Shown here: in pieces, positions 52,701-62,343 of the stretch | How positions within the stretch are numbered: the stretch's first letter is position 1 | Layout of the letters: every line of letters starts with the position of its first letter | DNA from: Camelus dromedarius | Lineage: Eukaryota | Reading direction: 5' to 3' | Length of the DNA stretch: 64,000 nt | Assembly (NCBI RefSeq): GCF_036321535.1 | Contig: NC_087447.1 | Coordinates: forward strand, 40,302,001 to 40,366,000 | Program-made: the position numbers and the translations under genes | Notes under the pieces: model-generated | What the model saw: only the letters and a program-made list of their open reading frames with translations | The model's database searches: none | Told to the model about the DNA's origin: nothing

Positions 52701-55700
52701 ATTTTGGAAGAAATGCCAGGATGCTTCCGGCTGAACTGGCTGAATTGTCTGTGTCCAGGAAGGTGTGGTGGCTGAGTGCTTTACTTACAGCCCCGTGGGC
52801 TTTTCAGGCCATTATGGACTCTGTGGGCAAACAGACTGAGTGCCTGGCCCCAGCTCAGCCCCCGAGACTCAGTTTTCTTGCCGATAAAAACGGCGATGGT
52901 GGCACCCTGACTTTTCAGGGTTGCTGGCTTGGGACAGGGACAAGATCCACTCCTTTCGGGAGGGCAGACTCTGCTTACGGAGCTGCTGTACCTGCCATGG
53001 TGATGGAAGCCGAGGGCAGAGCTGCGGGAGGGGCAGCTGGGCTGGGATGGAGTGGGACTCTGGGGAGACACAGGGAAGAGCAAATTTTGGTCATTTTGCA
53101 GGGTGTTGGGCAAGATGCTCTTCTTTTGTTACCAAACCAAACTTGAATCTGCTCACCAGCGCGCAGTAACGCCAATCTACTGACAGCGGGTTGAGGTGAA
53201 GGAAAGTGCAGCGTTCACTGCAGGGAGAATGGGTGGCTAATGCTCACAAGCCCCTAACTCCCCCGTGGCTCTGAGGGAAGGCTTCTGAATGCAGGGTGAG
53301 GGAGAGGGTCGCCTGGTGCATGATTAGCTCGTAGACATTTTTCTGATTGGTTGGTGGTGAAGTAATCAGGAGCCAACATCATCAACCTTCTGGTTACAAC
53401 AGACCTGGGGTCTTCGTGCTTATGGTCAGCATACAGTTAACTTCTTCCACTTGGTGGGGATTTCCATATTTGCAAAACAGCTCAAGGCTATGCCTCAGAA
53501 TAAGAGCTATGGCCCTTCAGAGGAACTAAAGGTCCTTTACTTGTTTAATAGCTAAACTATTATTATTTTGTCTTGCTTGACCACTTTCTATTTTCCTTCA
53601 GCTCTGCATTTTCTCACTTCTCTGATTAGATTTTTTCTTTGGAACTCGGGGAATGCCTAGGAGGCTAAAGCTTTTCTGCAAACAAGAGGCAGGAAACACG
53701 GGGTGGGGTTGGGGGTGGGTGTATCTGTCCCAGGAAGGCCCCATAGGGTCCTGTTCAGTTATACTTTGATACTTTTTGAGAAGTTACAGTAGAGGTTTAA
53801 ATTACTTTTCAGTTATTCTGGGTGCCAGCCCTGGTTCATTCTGGAGCCCTTGGTGAGCACAGAGCCTGGCACTTGGGGATGACTTGTCCCACGTCTCCAG
53901 GTTGGCCCCTTGTCATCCTCAGAGGGGCAGGTGGTGTCCAGTGGGACCGATGGTGTCTGGAGGGATCGATGGTCTTCCTGGCCGGGCGAGCCTTGCTTGA
54001 TGAGCAGAGCATGACCTGTGCTCTGAGGTGTGCCAGGCTAGGGGGCAGTGCCAGGCTGGGGTTATAACAATCCTGTGCAGAGGCCAAGGCTGCAGCTGCC
54101 CTGAACCAAATGCCCATCTTCTCAGGCCTGCAGTGCTGGCCAAGGGACACCAGCCACTTCTCAGGGACAGAGATTTGTTCCCTAGGCTGCCTGGCCAGAG
54201 CCTCCCTGCTGACCCCCAGGCCTACACCCATGCTCTGGCCCCAGGGGTCCCTGGAGACCCCATTTACAGTCTCCTGTCCATATTCAGTAGCACTGGGGCC
54301 TCAGCTCACAGAGCAGAGGTGGGGACAGCTGGGGCCCCTTAGGCGGGGGCCTGCCCAGCCAGGCCTCACTGGGTCTGTCTCCACACTTGCTTTCAGGATG
54401 GAGCTTGCCCAGGTCCTCCCTCCCTGAGGTCCTCCCAGAAGGTTTGCTCTGAGGCCCCAGAACACCTGCCTCAGGAGAGGCTTTCTCATCCTTGTGTCTC
54501 TGACGGCCACACCTGGAGCCCTTTCAGCCAAGGGCCGGTGGTGGAGAGAAACCCCTGCCCCAAACTAGCTGTACTATCTTGAGTGGCCCCTTGGCCTCTC
54601 TGAGCCTCGGTTTCCAGGAACGTAATCCCTCCCTGCTGCCTGCAGTGGGAACACGAGGCAGCTCGGGGTGTGCAGCCCGCCGGCGCTGGCACCGGGAGGG
54701 GCTGTCGTGTCTCCCGCCTCTCCAGCCCTCTTTCCCTCTGAAGCTGCCAGTCCCGGGCCTGAGCCGACAGCAGGTCTGGAGCCGAAGCAGCCCTGCTGTG
54801 ATCGTGGCCTGGCCACAGTGGCCTCCCTCTTGTGGACCTCAGGATGGACAGACCACTTCCCTCCCTCTGTCCCCCATTTCTCCAGCCGAGCAGGGCCGGC
54901 ACATGGGCTGGAGGGCTGAGCGCCAGCCGTGCCCTCCTCCGGTTTCCAAGTTGGCAGCTGCCTTTGTCTGGCAGCCCTGGACCCCAGACCAGGCCCTCAG
55001 CAGGCCCCCCTGCAGCCGCTCAGCTGCACAGCTCTGCAGCCCTTTTCCCTCCCTGTCAGCAGGGCCTGCTGGGCCTGGACTCCAGCCCCTCCTGTGCAGC
55101 CGGCCCCGCCTGAAGCTCATTAGCTCTTCTTATTAAATCCATCTGCTCTGTGTTGAAGAATGACCCGGGTGTGTGAGGGGGAGGGCTACACACAGAGGCG
55201 ACTGTGTGCATGGGTGTGGCATCCTGCTGGGCAGAAGCCTGGACATGCTGGGTGGATGAGGGCCCTGCCAGCCTTGGGGGAGTGGATGCTGAAGAGAGCC
55301 GGGTGGGCTGGGGAGTGAGGGGGTCTGGAGGCTGTCCCTGGGGGCCAAGACTGTGGGGTGAAGTGGGGCTCGGCCCTTCCAGGGCACCGTGGGTCAGCTG
55401 GTCTGCCTCTCACTGATGAAGCTGCTCCTCCACCCCCTTCTCCTCCCAGGAGTGCATCATTGATGAGGACTGCGGGCCGGGCAGGTACTGCCAGTTTGCC
55501 AGCTTCGAGTACTCCTGCCAGCCATGCCGGGACCAGCAGACAGTGAGTGTGCCCAGGGGCCCCAGGCTGCAGCACCTGGGCCATGGGGGCCCAGAAAAGG
55601 GGGCTTGGGAGAAGGCCAGCAGCCCACAGTTCTCAGCTGGGCTTCCTGGAAGCCTCCATGCATGGTGCCCAAGGGGGTGACTCCTGGGGTGACTAGGAAG

Positions 55701-58700
55701 CCACCTGCAGACCTGCTGCCACCTCACCTGCCCAGTGACCTCTGGCCTCAATGCCTGCCTCATGGATAACAGAGATGGAGAGGGAGGGCAGAGGCCCCAC
55801 CCTGTCCCTTCCCCTGGGAAGGCCCATTCCTAGTAGACACAGCCAGCGACACCACAGCAGAACCTCAGGCAGGGATGGGGCCGCCTTTTCCCTCCCAGCC
55901 TGCTGCCCACCTCCCAGATCTTTCTCCCAGTCTCTCAGAGAGGGCAGAAGGAGGCCCCAGAAGAAGCCAGAGCACGTCCCACATGGCGGTTCCACAGAGA
56001 AGCAGAAAGGCGGGGAGGAGACTCTCCCTCCATCCAGCAGAGGTTTTGGACAAAGCCATGTAGGCTCATAGAATTTTCTTGTCCTTTTCACTATTAAGGC
56101 AATAACACAACACGATAACAAGTTAGGAAAATAGAAGGCTTCGTACTGCCTAGCCAGCCATACCCGTGGTTAGGCAGCTCCTGGCCTCCCGGTGCCACTG
56201 CTCCCCATGTGCGACTCCAGGCCTGTGGCACCCAGGGCCCTCCCATTCACGTGGCTTCCTGGGCCTTAATTTAATCAGCCGGTGAGGATCAGGCTGCTGT
56301 CTGTGTCTGGAGGCCATAGGCCATCTTCCTTCCTGACCTTTAACTAGGGACCTAATAAAAGGGAGGCAAGGCCCAAGTCCGTGGGGGAACCATGAAGATG
56401 CAACCATCCTTTGTAAAATCTCAAGCTGTGTGGGACTCCCCCAGGTGCCATTTTTCCATCTCACCTGCCCAGCTCCCATCTCCACCGCCCTGACTTCCCT
56501 TAGAGCCCCCCAGGTGTAGGAGGTTGGTTTTCTCCTGTCTGTAATGGGAGGATGTGGGTTAGCCCACCTGCGCTATCTCCAGGCTTCCCAGAGTGGGGGC
56601 AGTGACAGGCTGGGCTCCCCGAGGTCCGTGAGCTGGCTGGCTAGTGTGTTTCCCCTCCCTCTGCAGCTCTGCACCCGGGACAGTGAGTGCTGTGGAGACC
56701 AGCTGTGCGTCTGGGGTCACTGCACCAAAACGGCCACCAGAGGTGGCAATGGGACCATCTGTGACAACCAGAGGGACTGCCAGCCGAGGCTATGCTGTGC
56801 CTTCCAGAGAGGTGGGTGTGTTCCCCACTGGGTGCAGGGCAAGCCCTATCCCAAGCTCCACCACTGGGCCTCCTGGGGCCCTGTCCATGCCAACCACACC
56901 TTTTCCTAGGCAGAGTCCCCAGTGCTCATGGGTATGTCCCAGCCCCACAACCTCTGCCTGGGGCGGAAGACCATCTTTTTCTTTTTTTCTTCCCTGTGAT
57001 GCCTAGAAATTAAATTCCTTCAGGAGGCATGAGCCCAAGGAGAGAGGAACACCCCTCCCCACCCCACTCCACTCATTCTTCAGGCCTCATGGTAACACCT
57101 GGCCCGGGTCCACTTTCCTGTGAATGACTCCCTTCTACTGCCCCTCCCAGGTGAGGTCGGCTCAGGCATGCTCCCCATCTACAAATGTTTTTGAAACCCT
57201 CCCTTAGCCCCCTCTCCCGGCCCCTAGTCCACCTGGTCCCTGCTGCCCCAGCAGTCTTCCTCAAGGAGATGGCTCTCTGGGTATCATTCCTCTGGGAGCT
57301 GCAGTTGCTCTTGTCCTGTTATTTCAGTTAGACTCCCCAGTCCATCTTCCAAGGCCTCGGCCAGTCCTCCTTTTCTCTCCACTCCTCGGCCTATTTGGGA
57401 ATCTTACTGCCCCCCGCCCCAACCCCCAACCTTTCTCACTAGCCCAACCCCAGGCCTTAGTGGTTCTGTGCTCAACCTTGAACACCTTTCTCCATTCTTA
57501 ATCTCTCCAGATTGCTGGCCTCAAAACCCAGCACAAGCCCACCTCTTCCAGGCAGTCCTCCTAGCTCTCCCAGCTCATGCCCTCCTGAGCCCATGCTGCC
57601 ATTCTTATTTCCCGTCACTCCACCTCTTCAACTCTAACCTCCACGTTGGGGTTCAGGGGGGAAGGTGGGAGGCTGCACCCCATTTCTCTGCTCCCTCCCT
57701 GGTGCTTGCCTGCCTGGTGCTGGGCACACAGTGGGTGACTCTTGCTGCTTCTAGGTCTTTTGTTTCCTGTGTGCACACCCCTCCCCATGGAGGGTGAGCT
57801 CTGCCATGACCCTGCCAGCCGGCTTCTGGACCTCATCACCTGGGAGCTGGAGCCTGATGGGGCTTTGGACCGATGCCCATGTGCCAGGGGCCTCCTCTGC
57901 CAGCCCCACAGGTGAGGTCTCACCCATCCTTCCTCCTGGGGGCCGAGAGCAGATGAGGCACTGCCCAATGGGGACCCAGGAGCAGGAGTGGTGGGGAGAT
58001 GTGGATTTAAGATAGATATAGTTTGAGGTGTCCTTGGGTCTTCCAGATTGAGGGACTGTAGGACTGAGGCTCGGGAGGTGTGGCCAGGGGCATGGATTTG
58101 GGTTCATCTAGAAGCAGGTTGAAGCCTCCTGAGTAGATGAACTTGACAGATTGGGTGTGGAAGGAGCCCAGGCCCATCACAATGAGAGAGCAGCAGAGAA
58201 GGCGGCAGCCGGTGCCTTCAGAGAGGTAGGAGGGAAGCCAGCAGAGGGGCCACCAAGGGGAGGGCAGCGCCAATGGAGCAGAGGCTGTGGAGAGACACTG
58301 ATGCGCCAGGCCTGGGCCGAGGCGAATTTCTCCACGCAAGTGTCCCTGGACCCCTCAGCAGCCGCTACTCCGCCCTCTCTGCCAGCAGAATCCAGGGTGG
58401 CTGGGTGGCTGGACAGAACCCTGGGCCTGGGTCCCAAGGCTCCCCTTAGGGGCTGCTCCAGCCTGGAGGCCTAGGTGGGCAGGGCGCTCTCAGACCCCAG
58501 AGTGCTCAGGGCTGCTGAGAGGCCCAGACACAGGGGGACAGCCCTGCAGCTAGATGTGAGGGGGCTGCCCTTTGAGCATCTGTTTGAAGAGGACTCTTGA
58601 GGAGATGTCAGAGGAGGTTCTGTGAAAGTGAGATGGGGGACAGTGGCAGAGACTGTGCCTTAGCTTCGAGCCTGGGCCTTGCCTCCCTGGGGAGACATGC

Positions 58701-58954
58701 GTCTCGGCTGAGCCACAGCCCTGTCCCTCCACAGCCACAGCCTGGTGTACGTGTGTAAGCCCACCTTCGTCGGGGGCCGTGACGAAGACGGAGAGAGCCT
58801 GGTGCCCAGAGGGGCCCCTGACGAGTACACAGATGGTGACTTCCTGGAGGAGGTGCGCCAGGAGCTGGAGAACCTGGAGAGGAGCCTGTCGGTGGAAATG
58901 GCTCTTGGGGAGCCCGGGGCTGCCACTGAGCTGCTGGAGGGAGAGGAGATTTAG
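19572..58954 (+). CDS. DKK3: Dickkopf-related protein 3, spliced CDS of 7 exons, 349 aa
   Basis: Exon lengths 213+138+84+93+145+157+220 = 1050 nt give an open frame from [21 protein letters not shown] to LLEGEEI*. All introns are GT-AG with consistent phases (0,0,0,0,1,2). Two 10-cysteine Dickkopf domains and N-glycosylation sequons NET, NNT, NQT and NGT are present. Confidence 0.98.
22301..22318 (-). promoter_or_regulatory. Candidate CTCF motif in the first coding intron
   Basis: Reverse complement TGACCAGAGGGGGCAGTG; a GC-rich motif in otherwise AT-rich sequence. Confidence 0.6.
25232..25337. repeat. Perfect 51-bp tandem duplication (2 copies plus TGGA)
   Basis: tggacagattactgcttgggacagctagggctccatcctgccagaggtcct at 25232-25282 and 25283-25333. 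Confidence 0.95.
25907..26044 (+). CDS. DKK3: DKK3 coding exon 2
   Basis: taatag|[49 protein letters not shown]; donor AAG|gtaagg. Confidence 0.97.
28594..28677 (+). CDS. DKK3: DKK3 coding exon 3
   Basis: ctcctgcag|[31 protein letters not shown]; donor CAC|gtgagt. Confidence 0.97.
34825..35215 (+). mobile_element. ERVL-type LTR fragment
   Basis: ttgttccagactatctttccaaggatatttgtacagcaagcagccttggaaaacagagata resembles recalled MER77/MER21-group LTRs. Confidence 0.45.
36500..37122 (-). mobile_element. LINE-1 3' fragment (L1M-type)
   Basis: cattcacattgttgtgcagcc...gaatggaatcatacagtatttgtc...cacttagcataatgttctcaagg...cagcagctgcaccattgtaca. Confidence 0.85.
37221..37351 (+). mobile_element. tRNA-Ala-derived SINE, vic-1-like, with target-site duplication
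   Basis: Same head as the copy at 1073. TSD aaaaatccccggactc (37204-37219) / aaaaatccctgggctc (37352-37367). Confidence 0.85.
50971..52350. mobile_element. MLT1 (MaLR) LTR split by an L1 insertion
   Basis: Left part tttcctattgctgctgtaacaaattac...tagtggtttaaa (50971-51024); right part aaaacaatgcaaatgtattatcttacag...tattctgcctactgca (51911-52350). Confidence 0.75.
51128..51909 (-). mobile_element. Relatively young 5'-truncated LINE-1
   Basis: Poly(T) at 51128-51138. The ORF2 C-terminus is still open: [19 protein letters not shown]...[12 protein letters not shown]...WKQPKCP...YYSAIKKN. An internal (TG)n tract is present. Confidence 0.92.
53127..53763 (-). mobile_element. ERV1-type solo LTR in the large intron
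   Basis: Starts TGTTACC, ends CAGTTATA; 4-bp TSD CTTT at 53123-53126 and 53764-53767; minus-strand CCAAT (ctgattgg at ~53343). Confidence 0.75.
55450..55542 (+). CDS. DKK3: DKK3 coding exon 4 (start of Cys-1 domain)
   Basis: ccttctcctcccag|[34 protein letters not shown]; donor ACA|gtgagt. Confidence 0.97.
56667..56811 (+). CDS. DKK3: DKK3 coding exon 5 (end of Cys-1, start of Cys-2)
   Basis: cctctgcag|[51 protein letters not shown]; phase-1 donor G|gtgggt. Confidence 0.97.
57755..57911 (+). CDS. DKK3: DKK3 coding exon 6 (Cys-2, colipase-like domain)
   Basis: cttctag|[54 protein letters not shown]; phase-2 donor AG|gtgagg. Confidence 0.97.
58735..58954 (+). CDS. DKK3: DKK3 coding exon 7 (acidic C-terminus and stop)
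   Basis: ccctccacag|[77 protein letters not shown] at 58952-58954. Confidence 0.96.
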
Positions 58955-60345
58955 ATGCAGGTCTGTCCTGTGGGTAGACATGCAATAGAAGTAGCTAATT
59001 TATTTCCCCAGCTGTGTCCCGAGGTATGGGCTCACCAGGCTTCTTTCCACAGCCTCTTTCCAGTACATTTCCCTCTGGCTTGAAACAGCATGAGGGACTG
59101 CACCCTTGTCCTGCCACCTCCCACCCCTAGCCTGTACACCTTGCATCATGGTTCTGGTGCCTGGGGAAGACCACAGTGTGGGAGGCTGAAGGCAGAACAG
59201 GGCTGCTAAACTGGTCCAAATTACTGGCTGCTTTGCCTCTGCTAGTTGGCAGATGGCACGTTTCATTTTGTTTGACATCGCTCACCTCGAGAATCCTTGG
59301 AGAAGAGGGCACGGAAAAGGATGCAGAATTTCCCCCAGGATGGGTTTGGGGAAATGCTGACTCAAACATGTGGGGAAGAATGCCCTGCTTTGCAAACATA
59401 AACCTGCAAAAATCCAACAGATGAATTTTTTGTGCTGGCCCCCCCATGGGCACAGGCGGGCGCTGCCCTCAGCGGCTGCTGGGGAAATGTCCTGCTCACT
59501 GCCCGTCGCCTGCATTCATCCTTTCAGCAGTGTTACTCAGCTCCTACCTCTGTGCCAGGGCGGCAGCTTTACGGCTTCTTACCACAGCCTGGTGGAGGGG
59601 GGAGTAGGTCTCTCCGTCTGTCAGGACCTCAGAGGCTCAGAGATGTCAAGTTGCTTGCCCAAGTCACACAGCAAGTGAAGACCAGAGCAGGATTTCACCA
59701 GGTGTGATTCCAAGCCCAGTGCTCTCCCCACTGCTCCCCACCAGCCTTGGTGCCACCAAAAGTACCTGAAAGTACCTGCTATGAGGAGGAAGGCTGAGAT
59801 TTTTCTTTTTTTGAGGCATATCTGGAACTAAGGTCAAAGTAGTTCACACACCCCTGGAAGATTAAACTTCTGTTAGAAATACAGTGTTCTCCCCAGTGTG
59901 CAGAGTGGCCATCATTCTAGTGGGGACACTCTCCTGTGGCAGTGCTTTATCGGTAACTTTGAAGGTCCTTGACTGGAGCATAATGTGTACGTTAACTTGC
60001 CAGAAATAGAACTTAGGTAATTGTAGGTCCAGGATTATAAATGAAATTTGCAAAATCACTTACCAGCAACTGAAGACCATTATCAACTCCATGGAGAAAA
60101 TCAAACCAAGTAAGGCTCTGTGAAATACGGTTGTAATACCCAAGCTGAGAGCACTGAATTTGTATGCTGTTCCATAAATGATATTTTCAGGTGCCATGGA
60201 GTGTTTCCATCATGTATTCATCCAGAGTTATTAAATGTTCAAGTCACACACAATTGTATAAGCATGCTTTCTTTGAGTTTTAAATTATGTATAAACACAT
60301 ACGTTGCATTTAGAAATCAAGCATAAATCACTTAACCTGCTCTTT
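58955..60345 (+). other. DKK3: DKK3 3'UTR (3' end approximate)
   Basis: Follows the stop codon. The distal part is AT-rich, with CATAAA at 60322 and AATAAA at 60382 and 60412, and U/GU-rich sequence at 60341-60380. Confidence 0.7.
59600..59735 (-). mobile_element. MIR fragment in the DKK3 3'UTR
   Basis: gaggctcagagatgtcaagttgcttgcccaagtcacacagcaagtg, the MIR core. Confidence 0.7.
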
Positions 60346-60417
60346 TGTAGTTCTTGGAAGCTTTTTTCCCTTTTGACTTTGAATAAATATAAAGCCCTGT
60401 CAGCCAGAAAAAATAAA
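60322..60417 (+). terminator. Polyadenylation signal cluster
   Basis: CATAAA 60322-60327 followed by a U-rich tract; canonical AATAAA at 60382-60387 and 60412-60417. Confidence 0.6.
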
Positions 60418-61296
60418 ATAGAAATAACTGGCATTGTCTAAAAGAGAAAACCCTCTTCCATAAAGCAAATTTTCCAGACAACTGAAGCATACCTCTTTTA
60501 GCATCAAAATATTTTAGAAATGTTAACCATTTTTTGGGTGGGAATTAGTCAATAAGACTGTCAGCAAATGCAGTTCTGGGCCAAACTGTAAGGTCTTGAG
60601 GGGCCGTACTCATAACAGTAAAGCTGCCATACATGAAGGTGATAGGTACCAGGTCAGGCAGTCTGCCCGTGTTAACTCAGTCTTCATTGACTCTTTGAGT
60701 ATTTTCATTGATGAAGAAATGGAGACTCAAAAAGATTATGTAATAGAGCTAGAATCAAAAAACAGTATCTAGTACAGTATGCCCTGGATATAAAAAAAAA
60801 AAGTGATAAAGACCGAATATAGAGCTGTTCTCTTTTCAGTGTCAAAAATCATCAGGACCACCCTGCAGCCTTATTACTCAACAGATGCTTGACGAGAGCC
60901 TGCTCAGGACCAGGTGCCATGATACGTGTGGGGCGGGGCTGGGGGCGCCAAGTGGATCCAGTTAGGGTCCCCACAGCCGAGTGAGGGAGATACACTAAAT
61001 GCAGCACAGAAAGAAAGGAGTCACCCCAATATCTGAACAGAGTGTTATGGGAGCCTCAAAGGAGCATGCGGCCTGGGAGAGCTGGCATGGGAACTGGCTT
61101 GTGAAGATGCTTGATAGTTTATCAGGAGGACCAGAAGGACTAGGAAAGGGTATTCTGGGTCACAGGCAGAGGGAGGGGCAGGGAGGGATGGTACCTAGGG
61201 GAAACTGCAAGTAATTCACAGTGGCTGGAAGGCCAGTTAAATTTGAGCAAGTATTTGGAGAAAAGGCTAAAAATTACTTTTAAAAAAATGTATTAA

Positions 61297-61382
61297 GGGG
61301 GGAAGAAAATAACTCGTTGGTAGAGTGCATGCTTAGCATGCACAAGGTCCTGGGTTCAATCCCCAGTAACTCCATTAAAAAA
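61297..61382 (+). mobile_element. tRNA-Ala-derived SINE, short vic-1-like copy
   Basis: TGGTAGAGTGCATGCTTAGCATGCACAAGGTCCTGGGTTCAATCCCCAGTAACTCCATTAAAAAA. Confidence 0.8.
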
Positions 61383-62009
61383 TTTTTTTTATTAGTACCT
61401 ACCATATGTCAGGCCCTATATTAGGTGCCAGGGAGACAGTGGTACATGAGATAAAACGAGGTCCCTTCTTCATGGAGCTTATATACAGGTATGTTATTTT
61501 GCTCCACTTTGTCATCATAGTCACAAAAATGGAAGAACATGAGAGGCTTGGCAAAATTCTTGGCTGAAAGTCACACGTAGAGTAGCTGGTACGCCTCCTC
61601 GCCTCACGACTCTAGGAGCGTGGTAAGGGTTACATGGGTTTGGTACTACAATCTTCCTGCCTGCCCTTCCCGGAACCCCGGGTTCCTGCCAAGGAAGCCA
61701 CAGCTAACCCCAGCCATCTTCCCCTGTCCTCCCACCATCACAGAGGCTGGAAAAGCTGGACACTTGCTTTCCTAGCCTCCCTTGAGCTAGAGATGGCCAT
61801 GTGACCCACTTCTGGCCCAGGAAATGTAAGGCGGAAGGCTGCCAAAGAGCTTCTGGGAAAGATTTTTTTTTTACCTGAGTGACCAAAAGAAAGAGGCATA
61901 CCAGAAAGTATGTCCCCACCCTCCACCCCTTCCCGGGCTGCCTGCCCTTGAGCACAGGTGTTGTGGATGTGACATTGGTGCTGCAGCCCACCCTGGGGTC
62001 ATGATATGA

Positions 62010-62343
62010 AGGTCAAGGCTGTCAGCAGGGCTTCTTCCTCTTGGAGGCTCTGGGGGAGAAACCATACCCTTGTCCTTTCTAGCTTCTAGAGGTTGCTCCC
62101 GTTCCTTGGCTCATGCCCCCTTCACCTTCAAAGCTAGCAGTAACAGGGTCTTTTGGTGCCATCTCACTGCAGCTGGGAAGTTTTCCACTTCTAAGGATTC
62201 ATAGATGATCCAGAATAAGCTTCCCACATCAAAATCCTTAACCATCACATCTGCAGTCGCTTTTGCCATTTAAGGTAAATAGTCACAGGGTCTGGGGTTT
62301 AGGACATGGGCATCTTTGAAGGGCCACTGTACTACTTACCACA
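62010..62343. mobile_element. MLT1 (MaLR) LTR fragment
   Basis: gtcagcagggc...ttggaggctctgggggagaa...tagcttctagagg...aaaatccttaaccatcacatctgca...taccaca. Confidence 0.75.

Noticed and set aside
39105..54050. Additional CTCF-like motifs near 39105, 48408 and 54031
   Set aside because: Each mismatches the conserved 5' CC of the core and is too weak to call without matrix scoring.
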